A stretch of 42,041 nt of DNA from a bacterium (GTDB taxonomy: Bacteria > Ratteibacteria > UBA8468 > B48-G9 > JAFGKM01). Under the pieces are notes generated by a model. That model had not been told where the DNA came from, made no database searches, and saw nothing but the letters and a program-made list of their open reading frames with translations. Position 1 is the stretch's first letter; each line of letters starts with the position of its first letter. Below, one piece after another: positions 7,416-17,343 of the stretch. Location of the stretch: contig DAOQVZ010000005.1 of NCBI GenBank assembly GCA_035341815.1, positions 1 to 42,041 on the forward strand, read 5' to 3'. The translations under genes were made by a program, and so were the position numbers.

Positions 7416-8255
7416 ATGATTAAGATAGGCACTTCCGGCTTCTCATTTCCCGACTGGAAGGGGATTATATATCCGGCCAGGTTACCTCCCAGGGAAATGC
7501 TTTATTACTACGCCGGCGAACTGAAATTTGATGCCGTGGAGATAAATTCCACCTACTACTCCATACCCAAACCGGAGAATATGGAGGCCATGGTTAAAAA
7601 AACACCCGATAAATTTGAGTTTGCAGTAAAAGCGTATAAAGGTATGACCCATGACCCGTTTGACGATAGGCTGGAGGAACAGCCGTCGCAAGAAGATATT
7701 GAAAACTATTTCCGGCTTTTCAGGGAGGCGGTGGAACCGTTCAGGGAAAGCAACAAACTTGGAGCAATTCTGCTGCAGTTCCCGGTCTTTTTCCGGCCTT
7801 CTTCCGTAAGCAGACAATACCTGCTCAAATCGAAAGAGATGCTTGGAGACTTGCCGGTTGTAATTGAATTCAGAAACAACGCCTGGGCGAAAAGAGAAAC
7901 GTTTGCATTCATGAAAGACAACGGACTCGCTTACTGCGCAGTGGATGAGCCGAAACTTCCCCGGCTCATGCCCTTCATAAACGAGGTAACATCCGGTATC
8001 GGGTACATGAGGTTCCACGGCCGCAATCCAAACTGGTTCAATGCTCCTGTTTCGGAAAGATACAACTACCTGTACACGAACGCGGAGCTTGAAGAATTCA
8101 TACATGAAGCAAACAAGATGAACGAATTTGCGGAGAAAACCTACATCTTCTTCAACAACTGCCATGGCGGATCAGCCGCCCGAAATGCAACAACATTCAG
8201 GAAAATGCTCGGATTCGACACAACCATGACTGCCGATGACAAACTTTTTGAATAA
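7416..8255 (+). CDS. DUF72 (YecE/UPF0759) family protein
   Basis: 279 aa. The MIKIGTSGFSFPDWKG..YP start, FDAVEINSTYYSIP and LQFP..F are the conserved DUF72 pattern. Confidence 0.85.
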   Translation: MIKIGTSGFSFPDWKGIIYPARLPPREMLYYYAGELKFDAVEINSTYYSIPKPENMEAMVKKTPDKFEFAVKAYKGMTHDPFDDRLEEQPSQEDIENYFRLFREAVEPFRESNKLGAILLQFPVFFRPSSVSRQYLLKSKEMLGDLPVVIEFRNNAWAKRETFAFMKDNGLAYCAVDEPKLPRLMPFINEVTSGIGYMRFHGRNPNWFNAPVSERYNYLYTNAELEEFIHEANKMNEFAEKTYIFFNNCHGGSAARNATTFRKMLGFDTTMTADDKLFE

Positions 8256-8317
8256 AAAAACAGGCGTTATCCGTCTAACGAACTGATCCCACAATAAGAA
8301 TCTTTAGGACTTTTATT

Positions 8318-11300
8318 CTACCCATCTGAGCCTATTGCCTTTCGCAATAACAGGATTACATCGGAGATGTTCACTCCATCTTCCCGGTCCATATCAACCC
8401 GGTCTATCAGCCACTCTGGATATATAGATGTATATTCAACGTCATTTACTGTTATGGGCAATCCTATAGACATTCGCAAACAGAGAATCACATCGGAGAT
8501 GTTAATTTCACCATCTCTGTTAATATCGCCTCTTGAGGATTGTATTGAATTATCCCCCCCGACAGCAACATCTGTTCCGTCAAAACTTGCCGTGCCTGCA
8601 AATGTCTTAATTCCTTCTTCTCCTTCAGGCGGTGTGGCTTTGTAAGTCAGTGTGCGGATATTGCTCTCAAAGAACGGACCCCATTTTACCTTCTTGTTCA
8701 CTCCGTCCCACTGCCCGCTGTCGCTTATATCGCTTACAGCCCAACCTTCAGGCGGCGTGTCTTCCACTGCGTATACCTGGACTGCTTCATCAGGAGTTAC
8801 CGATATGGAAACAAAAACCGGCGCGCCGGGTACATAAACGCCCGGCAAAGTCCGTTCCGCCTTGCTGTGATACGTGTTTATTACTACCTGATAACTCCCT
8901 GACCAGGCGGAAACACTTTCTGTATTTATCTCACACCGCGCCTGCGCTTTTACGCCATACGTACCGGCAGACGGCCAGGAATGTGAGGCGCTGGTTGATG
9001 ATGACCAGGCAGAATAAGTCCCATCGCCCCAGTCAAAACGGTACTGCACGCTGTGTCCGTTGGAGCAGGTTGAACCGCCCGTGGAATAAGTGTAACCGGT
9101 GTTTACTATCCCGGGGGAAGGACCTGACGGGGCAGTGGGGATACCGACTGCACAATCCGGAATAAAAGTGGCAACTGCGTATCTGTCCATGTTCATGGAA
9201 AAGGAAATCTCGTCAGGATGCGGAAGCATGACATCCGTAAATACCATGCCTGTCACGCTCCACTGCCAGAAAATGTAGCCGGAAGAAGGTACTGCTGTCA
9301 ATGTAACGGTTGTACCTGCAGGATATGTCCCTCCCGGTCCGGGCGAAGGAGAGACCTGAATACTGCCGCTCGTTGGGGGCACAACATCCATAGAGAGACT
9401 ATATAATTGAACCGGTTCATAAACAGCCGTCAATGTCACATCAGAGTTTAATGATACTGAGATTGTATATGCACTGCTATAAAATTCCTCATTTTTGCGC
9501 CATTCCTTAAATTCATAACCACTATTAGTTGTCGTTGCCGTTAACAAAATGCTGTCAGTGTAAACACCATAAAAAGGGGTTCTTCTTCCAGCCAGGCCGT
9601 TAAGGTCTGCAGTAGCATCTATGGTTATTCCCGGCGGGTCTGATTGTATATCTACCCGGTAACCTGCTCTTTCGATAAAGACAGGATTGGTAAAAGCAAT
9701 GTTCTGATTACCGGCATCTACACCGATAACCTGATAGGCACTGACCGGAGGCTGGACTTCCCTGTTATTATGTACAAAATCCCATTCATTTTTCCCTGAT
9801 ACATCCCCTTCGGCAAATCTCCAGACTCCATCCGGGTCTATTTCCAGGTACCTGATTTCAACGAGAGCGCCATATCCCTCATAAACAGGGATATAGTTCC
9901 TTCCTGCGCTTTTTATATTGACCTGCGGCAAGCCGGAAGCAGGCAGGAACAAGGTTTCTCCCATCGTTTTTGCAGCATCTCCATAGACAACTTCTATATC
10001 CAGCCATGCTCCCAGACCAAATGAACTGCATCCTTTTCGGTAACCCTCAAGAATTGTGCTTTTTGTGGGAGATAAAACTTTTACGTAAGTAACCAGCTCT
10101 CCAACTTCCTGTATATCTTCGCCGATTTTATAATGTATATCGGTGGCGGCATGCCCCAGAATCCTGTTTTTCTTTTTCAGTTCATCCCACCATCTCAGGT
10201 AAGCCCATGCAGTATTATCATAATTGAAATAACTGCCTCCATTTATTACTTCCATGCCTCTCAAGGTGCTATATCCTGAAAACTCGCCTTGCCAACCGTA
10301 CAGAGGGGAAGAATCAGGATGAGCTATATAGCCAAAAGACCCTATTCTTTCTGCCTCTGCCATGATATCTTCAATATACCGGGGCCAGCCGGTCTCATCG
10401 GAAGGTATCGTGCAATTCAGATAGTTCAAAGTATTGTCCGGATAAACAAGATAGTGCCCCTGGGACCAGGAAGGAATTATATTGCAGCTGCCCAGTTCCA
10501 TGGCCCCTATTACATACAGGTTATCAATGTCATCAGAGAGTTCAATATCACTGACATAATCGTATATATTGTCCTTATGTATCCCTGCCCAGCCTGTAAA
10601 ACCGGTCATGTGACTGTGGTCGGTAATGGCAAGCCAGTCCAGGTCCTGCGAAGCGGCGTTTTGGACCAGCTGAGAAGATGCGAGCGTCCCATCCGACCAG
10701 GTCGTGTGGGTGTGCGGATCACCGGCATACCAATCACCAGGGGTAGGCAACACCGGATATCTTTTGATTCCCATGGTTTCAGAAAGAACCGTTGTTACAT
10801 ACCTGTCATCCTCAATTTCCACCTCTATTGGTATCTCAATCTTACTGCCGACAACTTCAAGTGCGGGGAATTGGGATAGGTCTATTGTAATTGCCGTTTC
10901 AGCGAAAGAGGATTCTATCTCCTCCCGAAGAGATTTCGCTTTTGCACAAAGTGTTCCGTAGTCCTTGTTTTCCTGCAGAATTTTCATATCATTCTGGTTC
11001 TGCACGGACTCAAGCTCCAGGTTTTTCAGCCGGGTATTGACCTTTTCCAGTTCTTCCAGTTTTTCTCCCATCGGCAAAAGCGGTTTTTCGAAAGCCTCCG
11101 TTCTGACGATGAATGGACCTGTTTTTAAAGTTCTCGTACCCTTGAAAAGGGGTAAAGACGGCGTCAGATGAACTTTCGGACTGGAAGGAGAATAGAGAGA
11201 CAGGCTCTTGACCGTTAAAACTTTATCCTTGCTTGAGTTGCCTATAAACAATACGCCTGTATATGGATATCCTGTTCTGCGCACATATCTGAAGCCGGCA

Positions 11301-11515
11301 TGGAAAAAGATGATATCATTGCCTGAACTGTATTCTATTTTTTTTCTAACAGAAAAACTTCTTTTTTGCGGCGGGGTCAAAACAACATCTTCTGCAATCG
11401 GCCTTCCTTCCAGGCGAATAGTTTCCAGTATTTCCTGTGCATATAGAACGCCGGAAGCCGCGGATATCAGAAGAATAAAACAGGTAAATATTTTAAGAAA
11501 TCTCTGATTTTTCAT
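8318..11515 (-). CDS. Secreted multidomain protein: N-terminal module (shared with 29467-30174), PHP-type metallophosphoesterase domain, repeat/PKD-like beta domains, C-terminal type-I dockerin
   Basis: Signal peptide MKNQRFLKIFTCFILLISAASGVLYA. GDPHTHTTWSDGT, ITDHSH and IAHPD indicate a PHP/CehA-like domain. GYEFKEWR and GYIFWQW repeats; YRFDWGDGTYSAW is PKD-like. The last ~70 aa, GDINRDGEINISDVILCLR...DMDREDGVNISDVILLLR, form a duplicated dockerin Ca-binding repeat (8321-8530). Confidence 0.85.
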   Translation of the reverse strand: MKNQRFLKIFTCFILLISAASGVLYAQEILETIRLEGRPIAEDVVLTPPQKRSFSVRKKIEYSSGNDIIFFHAGFRYVRRTGYPYTGVLFIGNSSKDKVLTVKSLSLYSPSSPKVHLTPSLPLFKGTRTLKTGPFIVRTEAFEKPLLPMGEKLEELEKVNTRLKNLELESVQNQNDMKILQENKDYGTLCAKAKSLREEIESSFAETAITIDLSQFPALEVVGSKIEIPIEVEIEDDRYVTTVLSETMGIKRYPVLPTPGDWYAGDPHTHTTWSDGTLASSQLVQNAASQDLDWLAITDHSHMTGFTGWAGIHKDNIYDYVSDIELSDDIDNLYVIGAMELGSCNIIPSWSQGHYLVYPDNTLNYLNCTIPSDETGWPRYIEDIMAEAERIGSFGYIAHPDSSPLYGWQGEFSGYSTLRGMEVINGGSYFNYDNTAWAYLRWWDELKKKNRILGHAATDIHYKIGEDIQEVGELVTYVKVLSPTKSTILEGYRKGCSSFGLGAWLDIEVVYGDAAKTMGETLFLPASGLPQVNIKSAGRNYIPVYEGYGALVEIRYLEIDPDGVWRFAEGDVSGKNEWDFVHNNREVQPPVSAYQVIGVDAGNQNIAFTNPVFIERAGYRVDIQSDPPGITIDATADLNGLAGRRTPFYGVYTDSILLTATTTNSGYEFKEWRKNEEFYSSAYTISVSLNSDVTLTAVYEPVQLYSLSMDVVPPTSGSIQVSPSPGPGGTYPAGTTVTLTAVPSSGYIFWQWSVTGMVFTDVMLPHPDEISFSMNMDRYAVATFIPDCAVGIPTAPSGPSPGIVNTGYTYSTGGSTCSNGHSVQYRFDWGDGTYSAWSSSTSASHSWPSAGTYGVKAQARCEINTESVSAWSGSYQVVINTYHSKAERTLPGVYVPGAPVFVSISVTPDEAVQVYAVEDTPPEGWAVSDISDSGQWDGVNKKVKWGPFFESNIRTLTYKATPPEGEEGIKTFAGTASFDGTDVAVGGDNSIQSSRGDINRDGEINISDVILCLRMSIGLPITVNDVEYTSIYPEWLIDRVDMDREDGVNISDVILLLRKAIGSDG

Positions 11516-11724
11516 TTGAGTTCAACCCCTTTCTATTTTACCACATAAGCTTTAAGCTGGCAGGAATCAAAATACTGAATTTGCAGGTGGTGAAGGTTAA
11601 GTGGTGATGTCACTGCGGCTTGCGTTGTTTCACTTTATTGGGGTATTCTATAATAGAAGGCGGCTGTACGTCAGGTTGCAAGATATTTCAAATGCCTGGT
11701 GATTAACTCGGGAGGAAAATAATT

Positions 11725-14700
11725 ATGAAAAAGTCAGGGTTTTTAATTCTTTTTTTGGTTGCGTTTGTATTTACCGCAAGGGCAGAAAGCCGGGGATACT
11801 CTGAATGGGTCAAGAGAAGGGAAGCACTGAAGCAGGACAAAAGCGTTATTCGTTACTACACTTTTGAAAATGTGAAGGACAGCAAAAGCGTTGTAGATGA
11901 TTTAAGCGGCAGCGGCGGCGACCTGACTTTTACTCCTTTTAAGGATGTGAAGACAGGCGAGGTTTTTAACGACCTGAAGGTAATAGAAGGCAGGTGGCCG
12001 GAAAAGAGAGCGGCAAGCCTTAACAGGGGATGGTACCAAGGAGCCCCTGTGCACATTGAGAATAAATCATTTACGGTGGAGGTGTGGTTCCGAAAGAACG
12101 GGCCAGGCGCCATTTCCATTACCCCCGGACAACGGGATGGATATATCGTCTCATCCCCACCCGGATGGGGTTCCGGATGGCGTATCCAGACCGCCTACAC
12201 TCCGTCCCCATTCCTGACATTTGATATAGGAACGCACAGGGATAATGTAAGGGGCTCTGTCAGGGCAAAAAATAACACTCTTTTCCCGGACAATGTCTGG
12301 CTTCATGTAGCAGGAACATGGAACGGCAGAGAGATGAAGCTGTATGTCAATGGAGATTTGGCTGCTTCGCAGGAATATACGGGAGAATATATTCCGAACG
12401 GGAATCCCTTCCGCATAGGTTTCAGGGACGGAGGGTCCGTACTGCTGGATATGGATGAGGTGGTCATATATAACAGGGTGTTAAGCGAAAAAGAAATAAA
12501 TGCAGCATATACAAGGGCTGCAGGTTGGTTGAGCCGATATCAGCAGACCTTTCACCATGCAGCACTGAAAAGGGAGCAGGGTGATTATCGAGAAGCTCTG
12601 GAATCGTTTGAAAAATCACTCCAACTTGCATCTACAGACAGGGAGAGAGCCGAAGCATTTTTAAAAATGGGAGAAATAAAAGAAAAGCAGGGCGATTATA
12701 GGAGCGCCATTGAAGATTTCAACTCTGCCTTGCAGTTGGGAATTACAGAAATGGAAAAAGCTGAAATATTGTTGAAGACCGCGGAAATAAAGGAAAAGCA
12801 GGGCGACTACAGGAGCGCCATTGAAGATTTCAGGTCCGTCCTTGAACTGGAAGTGACAGAGAGGCAGAAAGCGGCTGTTTTATCAAAGATATCGGAACTG
12901 GAACTGGACGAAATATTCAACAGGGCAGACAGATACATAAAGGCAGGTGATTACCAAGGCGCACGAGCTGAATACGGCAAGCTGAAGCATCTGCCCGATT
13001 ATGGAAGGGAGCTGGCGTTTTTCAACATGGCGGAAAGCTGCCGGCTGGAGAAAGATTATTCCAACGTGCACCGGATATTTTCTGAAATATATGCAATCCC
13101 GGGCATTACACCTTTTTACCGGATTTACGGTCTGTTCAAAGAGGCTGATGTATACCTTGAACAGAAGGATTACAGGAGCGCACGCAAGTTGTATGAAAAG
13201 ATAGCAGGTGTTGAAGGGGCTTCAGAACACCATATATTTAAAGCAAGACTTGCCGCAGGCGACACTTACAGGGCGGAGAATATATATTCCAGGGCAAAAA
13301 TTATCTACGAAGAACTGCTGATAAAGGAAGAATCGTCAGTTTTTCCCAATGACGGCTACAGGCTGGATATACGGGACAGGCTGGAATCAATAGACGGACT
13401 GGCAGACGGTGAAAAAGAGCGGAGCAGAAACGAGAAATTGATTGATTGGGTCAACCTGCCGAAGCATTCAATATATGTATCATCCCGCGGCAGAGATGAC
13501 AATACGGGCACAATAGATGCCCCTTTTGCCACTATACAGCGGGCACGGGAAGAAGTCCGCAGGATTAATAAAAAAGGTCTGCCTCCAGGGGGCATATCCG
13601 TATTATTGAGAGAAGGCATTTATTTTTTGACCGAGAGCCTGGTATTCGGCATGGAGGACTCGGGAAGAGAGGATTCGCCCGTGGTATACAGGAGTTACCC
13701 GGGAGAGGATGTAAGGATTATCGGCGGCAGGCAGGTTGACAACTTTGAGCTTCTCGCTGACCCCGGCATATTGAGAAGATTGCCCGAAAGTTCGCGCGGC
13801 AGGGTATGGACAGCGGATTTAAAAGAGGCCGGCATCACTGGGTATGGAACGCTTCTTAACAGGGGTTTTGGAAGGGCCCGACCGGGGGCGCTGGAACTTA
13901 TATGCAACGGGAAGATCATGGAGCTGGGACGCTGGCCTGACAAGGGATGGACAAATATAGCCGGACTGACACAAGTTGACGGGGAATTCAGGGGAACCAA
14001 GTACCAGAAAGGGAAATTCATGTATTCGGGGAACCGGCCGGAAAGATGGGTGGAAGAAAAAGATATGTGGATAAAGGGATATATCGGGGTCAACCAGCCC
14101 TATGCATTGATACACATGAAAATAGATAAGATAGATACCGAGGAGAAAACGATAAGCCTTCTTCCGAATACTCTTCCGGGAGCCCACCCGAGGTGGATAG
14201 AAGGCCCGGCGGCTAAAGGACACCCGTATTACGTGTACAACCTGTTGAGCGAAATAGAAAAACCCGGAGAATGGTACCTGGACAGGGAGACCGGAAAAAT
14301 CTACTTTTATCCTCCATGCGACATAAAAAATAGCGAGGTTATCGCCACCACGCTTGAAAATCCCGTTGTCATCCTTGCCAATGCCTCCAATATAGCACTT
14401 CTGGAATTGACTATTGAAGGCACGTGGTCCCACGGGGTGGAAATCAAGGGCGGAAGCAACAACCTCGTTGCAGGCAGTGTAATAAGAAACACGGGACAGT
14501 GGGGAGTAATTATAGAAAACGGCTGGAATCACAAGGTTGTCGGATGTGATATTCATGATACAGGAGAAGGCGGGGTATCACTGGATTTTGAGCAAAATAC
14601 ATCGCGGCTTATCCGCGGCAGGAGAAAGTTGATACCGTCGGGGCACCTGGTGGAAAACAACCATATATACAGGTTCAACAGGTTTTGCGGCGGGTATCGA

Positions 14701-16254
14701 CAGGGCGTCCGCATAGACGGGGTAGGACAGAGGGTATCCCGCAACTTGATACACGACAGTCCTCACCAGCTGATATATTTTAACGCCAATGACCACATCA
14801 TAGAGTTCAACGAAATTCATGACGGTCCCCACGAAGGCCGGGAAATAGGCGCGATGTATATATACGGAGAACCCTGGTACCTGATGAGCAGGGGAACCGT
14901 TATAAGAAACAACTTTTTCCACCATATAAGCAGCTCTGCGTCTCCCAACATATCCCACGGCTTAAATGCAATACACATAGATGCCATGAATGGAGGGCTG
15001 GTACTGGATAAGAATATCTTTTACAGGTTTCCGCAGGGCATATCAAGTACCCAGCCCGGCAACCTGTTGACAAACAATCTTTTCATTGACGGCGATGGAT
15101 ACGGGATATCACAGGGAGACAGGTCCCGGGTTTTCTGCAACGGACACAGTATAGAGGGCGGTCCCAATTTCATAATGATGGAAGGGATGTCAGCACGCCT
15201 GAATTCAGTAAGGCATAAACAGCCGCCATGGAGTTACAGGTATCCCATGCTTACAGGCATGATGGAGAAAGACCCTGCAACATGGGGCCAGATACAGGGC
15301 AGTATCATAAGGCGTAATGTCAATACCGGAGGGCGGTTCTTTTCCATCGCCAGCGGGCTGGCAGAACATACTGTTTTTGAAAACAACTGGACAGGACAGC
15401 ACCTTCTCTTCATGGATAAAGAAAAGCTGGATTTCAGGCTGCGTCCAGGCTCACCTGTTTTCGGAATTACGGGGTGCGACCCTGTAAGCATGGAAAATAT
15501 AGGCGTGTATAAAGATGGTCTGCGGGCGAGCTGGCCCATAGACAGGAAAGAAAGCGATATAGGGAAATACTGGAACCGCAAGGTTGAATCAAAACTTGCA
15601 AGAGTCAGTCCGCAACTGCTTTACGAGATAGGTTCCAGGAAATCCCCCGTTACAATAGACGGACGTCTTGAAAAGGATGAGTGGTTGCAATTGGACAAGA
15701 ACAGGGCGATGGTAATAAAAAAATATTATACAGGGGAAGACAAAAGCGGGCCTGAGACCCACGTGTGGATGCTGCATGACAACCGTTATTTATATGTCGC
15801 AACCAGGCATGAAGCCGACCCATGTAAAGAGGGCATGGATGCCCGGGCAAAAGACCGCCTGCCGGTTTTTGAGCTTGCCATTGAAAGCCAGGAGGGACCC
15901 CACAGCAGAGGCTGGTGGATGGAAGACATGCAGACAGGTCCGATATATGTTATCTGGGGAACTTTCAACGGGGAAGCATTGGTTCAGAATATTTTCGGGA
16001 TGCTTCTCGGGGACCTTATGAAGATTCAAAAATCCATAGAATATAAAAACCTTGTGCTGGATAAAGAAAACCTCACATGGACATCAGAGATGAAGATACC
16101 CCTTGAAAAGATAGGAATCAATCCCGGGGAAGCAGGACAACTGGCATTTAACATTGGGGTGCACAAAAGGGACGGCTGGTATGCATGGGTGCCTACGGGC
16201 GGCTCCATATTCAAGCTGGAAAATGCGGGCCTGGTAAGCTTTTCTTCTGAGTAA
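11725..16254 (+). CDS. Giant secreted protein: signal peptide, LamG/ConA-like domain, TPR-like repeats, right-handed parallel beta-helix, CBM9-like C-terminus (putative polysaccharide lyase/hydrolase)
   Basis: 1509 aa, RBS GGGAGG. LamG pattern: FTVEVWFRK...WLHVAGTWNGREMKLYVNGD...DEVVIYNRVLSEKEI. Beta-helix start PFATIQRAREE...GIYFLTESL then repeated NN.I/G..I turns. C-terminal IDGRLEKDEW...LYVA resembles carbohydrate-binding family 9. Paralog of 18462-21965. Confidence 0.88.
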   Translation: MKKSGFLILFLVAFVFTARAESRGYSEWVKRREALKQDKSVIRYYTFENVKDSKSVVDDLSGSGGDLTFTPFKDVKTGEVFNDLKVIEGRWPEKRAASLNRGWYQGAPVHIENKSFTVEVWFRKNGPGAISITPGQRDGYIVSSPPGWGSGWRIQTAYTPSPFLTFDIGTHRDNVRGSVRAKNNTLFPDNVWLHVAGTWNGREMKLYVNGDLAASQEYTGEYIPNGNPFRIGFRDGGSVLLDMDEVVIYNRVLSEKEINAAYTRAAGWLSRYQQTFHHAALKREQGDYREALESFEKSLQLASTDRERAEAFLKMGEIKEKQGDYRSAIEDFNSALQLGITEMEKAEILLKTAEIKEKQGDYRSAIEDFRSVLELEVTERQKAAVLSKISELELDEIFNRADRYIKAGDYQGARAEYGKLKHLPDYGRELAFFNMAESCRLEKDYSNVHRIFSEIYAIPGITPFYRIYGLFKEADVYLEQKDYRSARKLYEKIAGVEGASEHHIFKARLAAGDTYRAENIYSRAKIIYEELLIKEESSVFPNDGYRLDIRDRLESIDGLADGEKERSRNEKLIDWVNLPKHSIYVSSRGRDDNTGTIDAPFATIQRAREEVRRINKKGLPPGGISVLLREGIYFLTESLVFGMEDSGREDSPVVYRSYPGEDVRIIGGRQVDNFELLADPGILRRLPESSRGRVWTADLKEAGITGYGTLLNRGFGRARPGALELICNGKIMELGRWPDKGWTNIAGLTQVDGEFRGTKYQKGKFMYSGNRPERWVEEKDMWIKGYIGVNQPYALIHMKIDKIDTEEKTISLLPNTLPGAHPRWIEGPAAKGHPYYVYNLLSEIEKPGEWYLDRETGKIYFYPPCDIKNSEVIATTLENPVVILANASNIALLELTIEGTWSHGVEIKGGSNNLVAGSVIRNTGQWGVIIENGWNHKVVGCDIHDTGEGGVSLDFEQNTSRLIRGRRKLIPSGHLVENNHIYRFNRFCGGYRQGVRIDGVGQRVSRNLIHDSPHQLIYFNANDHIIEFNEIHDGPHEGREIGAMYIYGEPWYLMSRGTVIRNNFFHHISSSASPNISHGLNAIHIDAMNGGLVLDKNIFYRFPQGISSTQPGNLLTNNLFIDGDGYGISQGDRSRVFCNGHSIEGGPNFIMMEGMSARLNSVRHKQPPWSYRYPMLTGMMEKDPATWGQIQGSIIRRNVNTGGRFFSIASGLAEHTVFENNWTGQHLLFMDKEKLDFRLRPGSPVFGITGCDPVSMENIGVYKDGLRASWPIDRKESDIGKYWNRKVESKLARVSPQLLYEIGSRKSPVTIDGRLEKDEWLQLDKNRAMVIKKYYTGEDKSGPETHVWMLHDNRYLYVATRHEADPCKEGMDARAKDRLPVFELAIESQEGPHSRGWWMEDMQTGPIYVIWGTFNGEALVQNIFGMLLGDLMKIQKSIEYKNLVLDKENLTWTSEMKIPLEKIGINPGEAGQLAFNIGVHKRDGWYAWVPTGGSIFKLENAGLVSFSSE
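12568..12900 (+). repeat. In-frame 111-bp (37-aa) tandem triplication inside the TPR-like region of the 1509-aa gene
   Basis: Units start at 12568, 12679 and 12790. Units 2 and 3 both begin KEKQGDYRSAIEDF and are near-identical in DNA over roughly their first 45 nt (three silent differences). Confidence 0.85.
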
Positions 16255-16495
16255 ATATCGCGGAGCTCCCACGGGCATAGCCTGTTGTTTTCCTTTTTGC
16301 TCTAAAGTATACCCTCAGAATATTTAGCCCAAAAGGGCTACGGATGGACAGGTCTGCGAAGGCGGGGAAGGGAAGCCAATTTTCAACCTGACTTACTATT
16401 GCACATTCTACGATATTTAATATCAATGAAGAAAAGGCCGCGATTTCAAAATGAACGGACCCCAAACAGCCGGGGAAATATTTGGAAGAAACAAA

Positions 16496-16540
16496 ACAGG
16501 GACAGCCCGCTGTTCAAAAGCAGCCTGTCCCTGTTTTTCT
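16496..16540. terminator. Bidirectional rho-independent terminator between convergent genes
   Basis: ACAGGGACAG (16496-16505) pairs with CTGTCCCTGT (16525-16534), plus inner GCTG/CAGC. An A-rich run lies upstream and TTTTCT downstream. It sits 14 nt beyond the stop of the pseudopilin gene. Confidence 0.7.
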
Positions 16541-16553
16541 ATGTTTTTCTTTG

Positions 16554-17306
16554 TCAAAATCCCTTTCCCCATGTAAGAGTTTCAACAGTATAATCTTCTT
16601 TTATTATCCTCCATGTTGTGGTTGTTGCAGCCCCCACCGGTTGTGTGTGAGCTCTGGTTACTTCAATGAACCTTGCAGGGGTTGCCGATTCCACGTGGCC
16701 GTCTAAAAACAGCAGGTTCGCCTTTCCCGCATGCCTGAAGTGCGCATTCCCAGAAACTGAAAGGGCCTGGGCTGCATACCAGCGCTGTTGGCGAAAATAA
16801 GCTCCGCCGGGTTTAACTTCGGCATTGGTACTGGAAGAAGGATGAGTCAGACTGTCAGCAAAAAACCAGAAACGCTCGCTACCCCTCACAATCCTGTCCA
16901 TGTTAATCCACCCTCCCAAGACTGCTCCTTGCGCGTCGGAAGTCAAACTCCCGTAACGAAAACCGTATGACACTTCCCTTGTTGGGATGCTCCATTTCCA
17001 TTCGTAGGGCAGAGCCGAAGGGCATACTATAACGCTCGTGGGAATATAACCTGTGTAATTTCCATACATGGGGTATGTTGCTCTGAAGGAATTGTTTGCG
17101 CTGGCTATACGCATATTTGCCCATCCCTCCCAGTTTTCTGCATACAGCTTCATTCCTACCCCAATCTGTTTGAGATTGTTCATGCAGGTTGCGGATTTTG
17201 CCCGCGCCCTTGCCTTGCTCAAAGCAGGCAGAAGCATTGCTGCCAGTATAGCAATGATGGCTATGACCACAAGAAGTTCTATCAGTGTGAATCCTCTTTT
17301 CTTCAT
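16554..17306 (-). CDS. Prepilin-type N-terminal methylation domain protein with DUF1559 / H-X9-DG C-terminal motif (pseudopilin-like)
   Basis: [29 protein letters not shown] is a class III signal. The C-terminal [13 protein letters not shown] fits H-X9-DG. RBS GAGGTGA. Confidence 0.9.
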   Translation of the reverse strand: MKKRGFTLIELLVVIAIIAILAAMLLPALSKARARAKSATCMNNLKQIGVGMKLYAENWEGWANMRIASANNSFRATYPMYGNYTGYIPTSVIVCPSALPYEWKWSIPTREVSYGFRYGSLTSDAQGAVLGGWINMDRIVRGSERFWFFADSLTHPSSSTNAEVKPGGAYFRQQRWYAAQALSVSGNAHFRHAGKANLLFLDGHVESATPARFIEVTRAHTQPVGAATTTTWRIIKEDYTVETLTWGKGF

Positions 17307-17343
17307 TTTGTCTCACCTCGCTTGCCCGTTTTTGGATAAAATA

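Noticed and set aside
7482-8165. 227-aa minus-strand ORF
   Set aside because: Antisense shadow ORF inside the DUF72 gene.
13819-14556. 245-aa minus-strand ORF (similar ones at 13695-14093, 14578-14958, 20946-21617 and 20265-20624)
   Set aside because: All are antisense to the two beta-helix genes, whose paralogy confirms the plus-strand frame.
16255-16495. 84-aa ORF (16211-16465, minus strand) and small hairpins (for example TAGCCC-AAAA-GGGCTA at ~16325-16340) in the convergent gap
   Set aside because: The ORF has no RBS and overlaps the end of the 1509-aa gene. The hairpins are short and lack U-runs. Only the 16496-16540 structure qualifies as a terminator.
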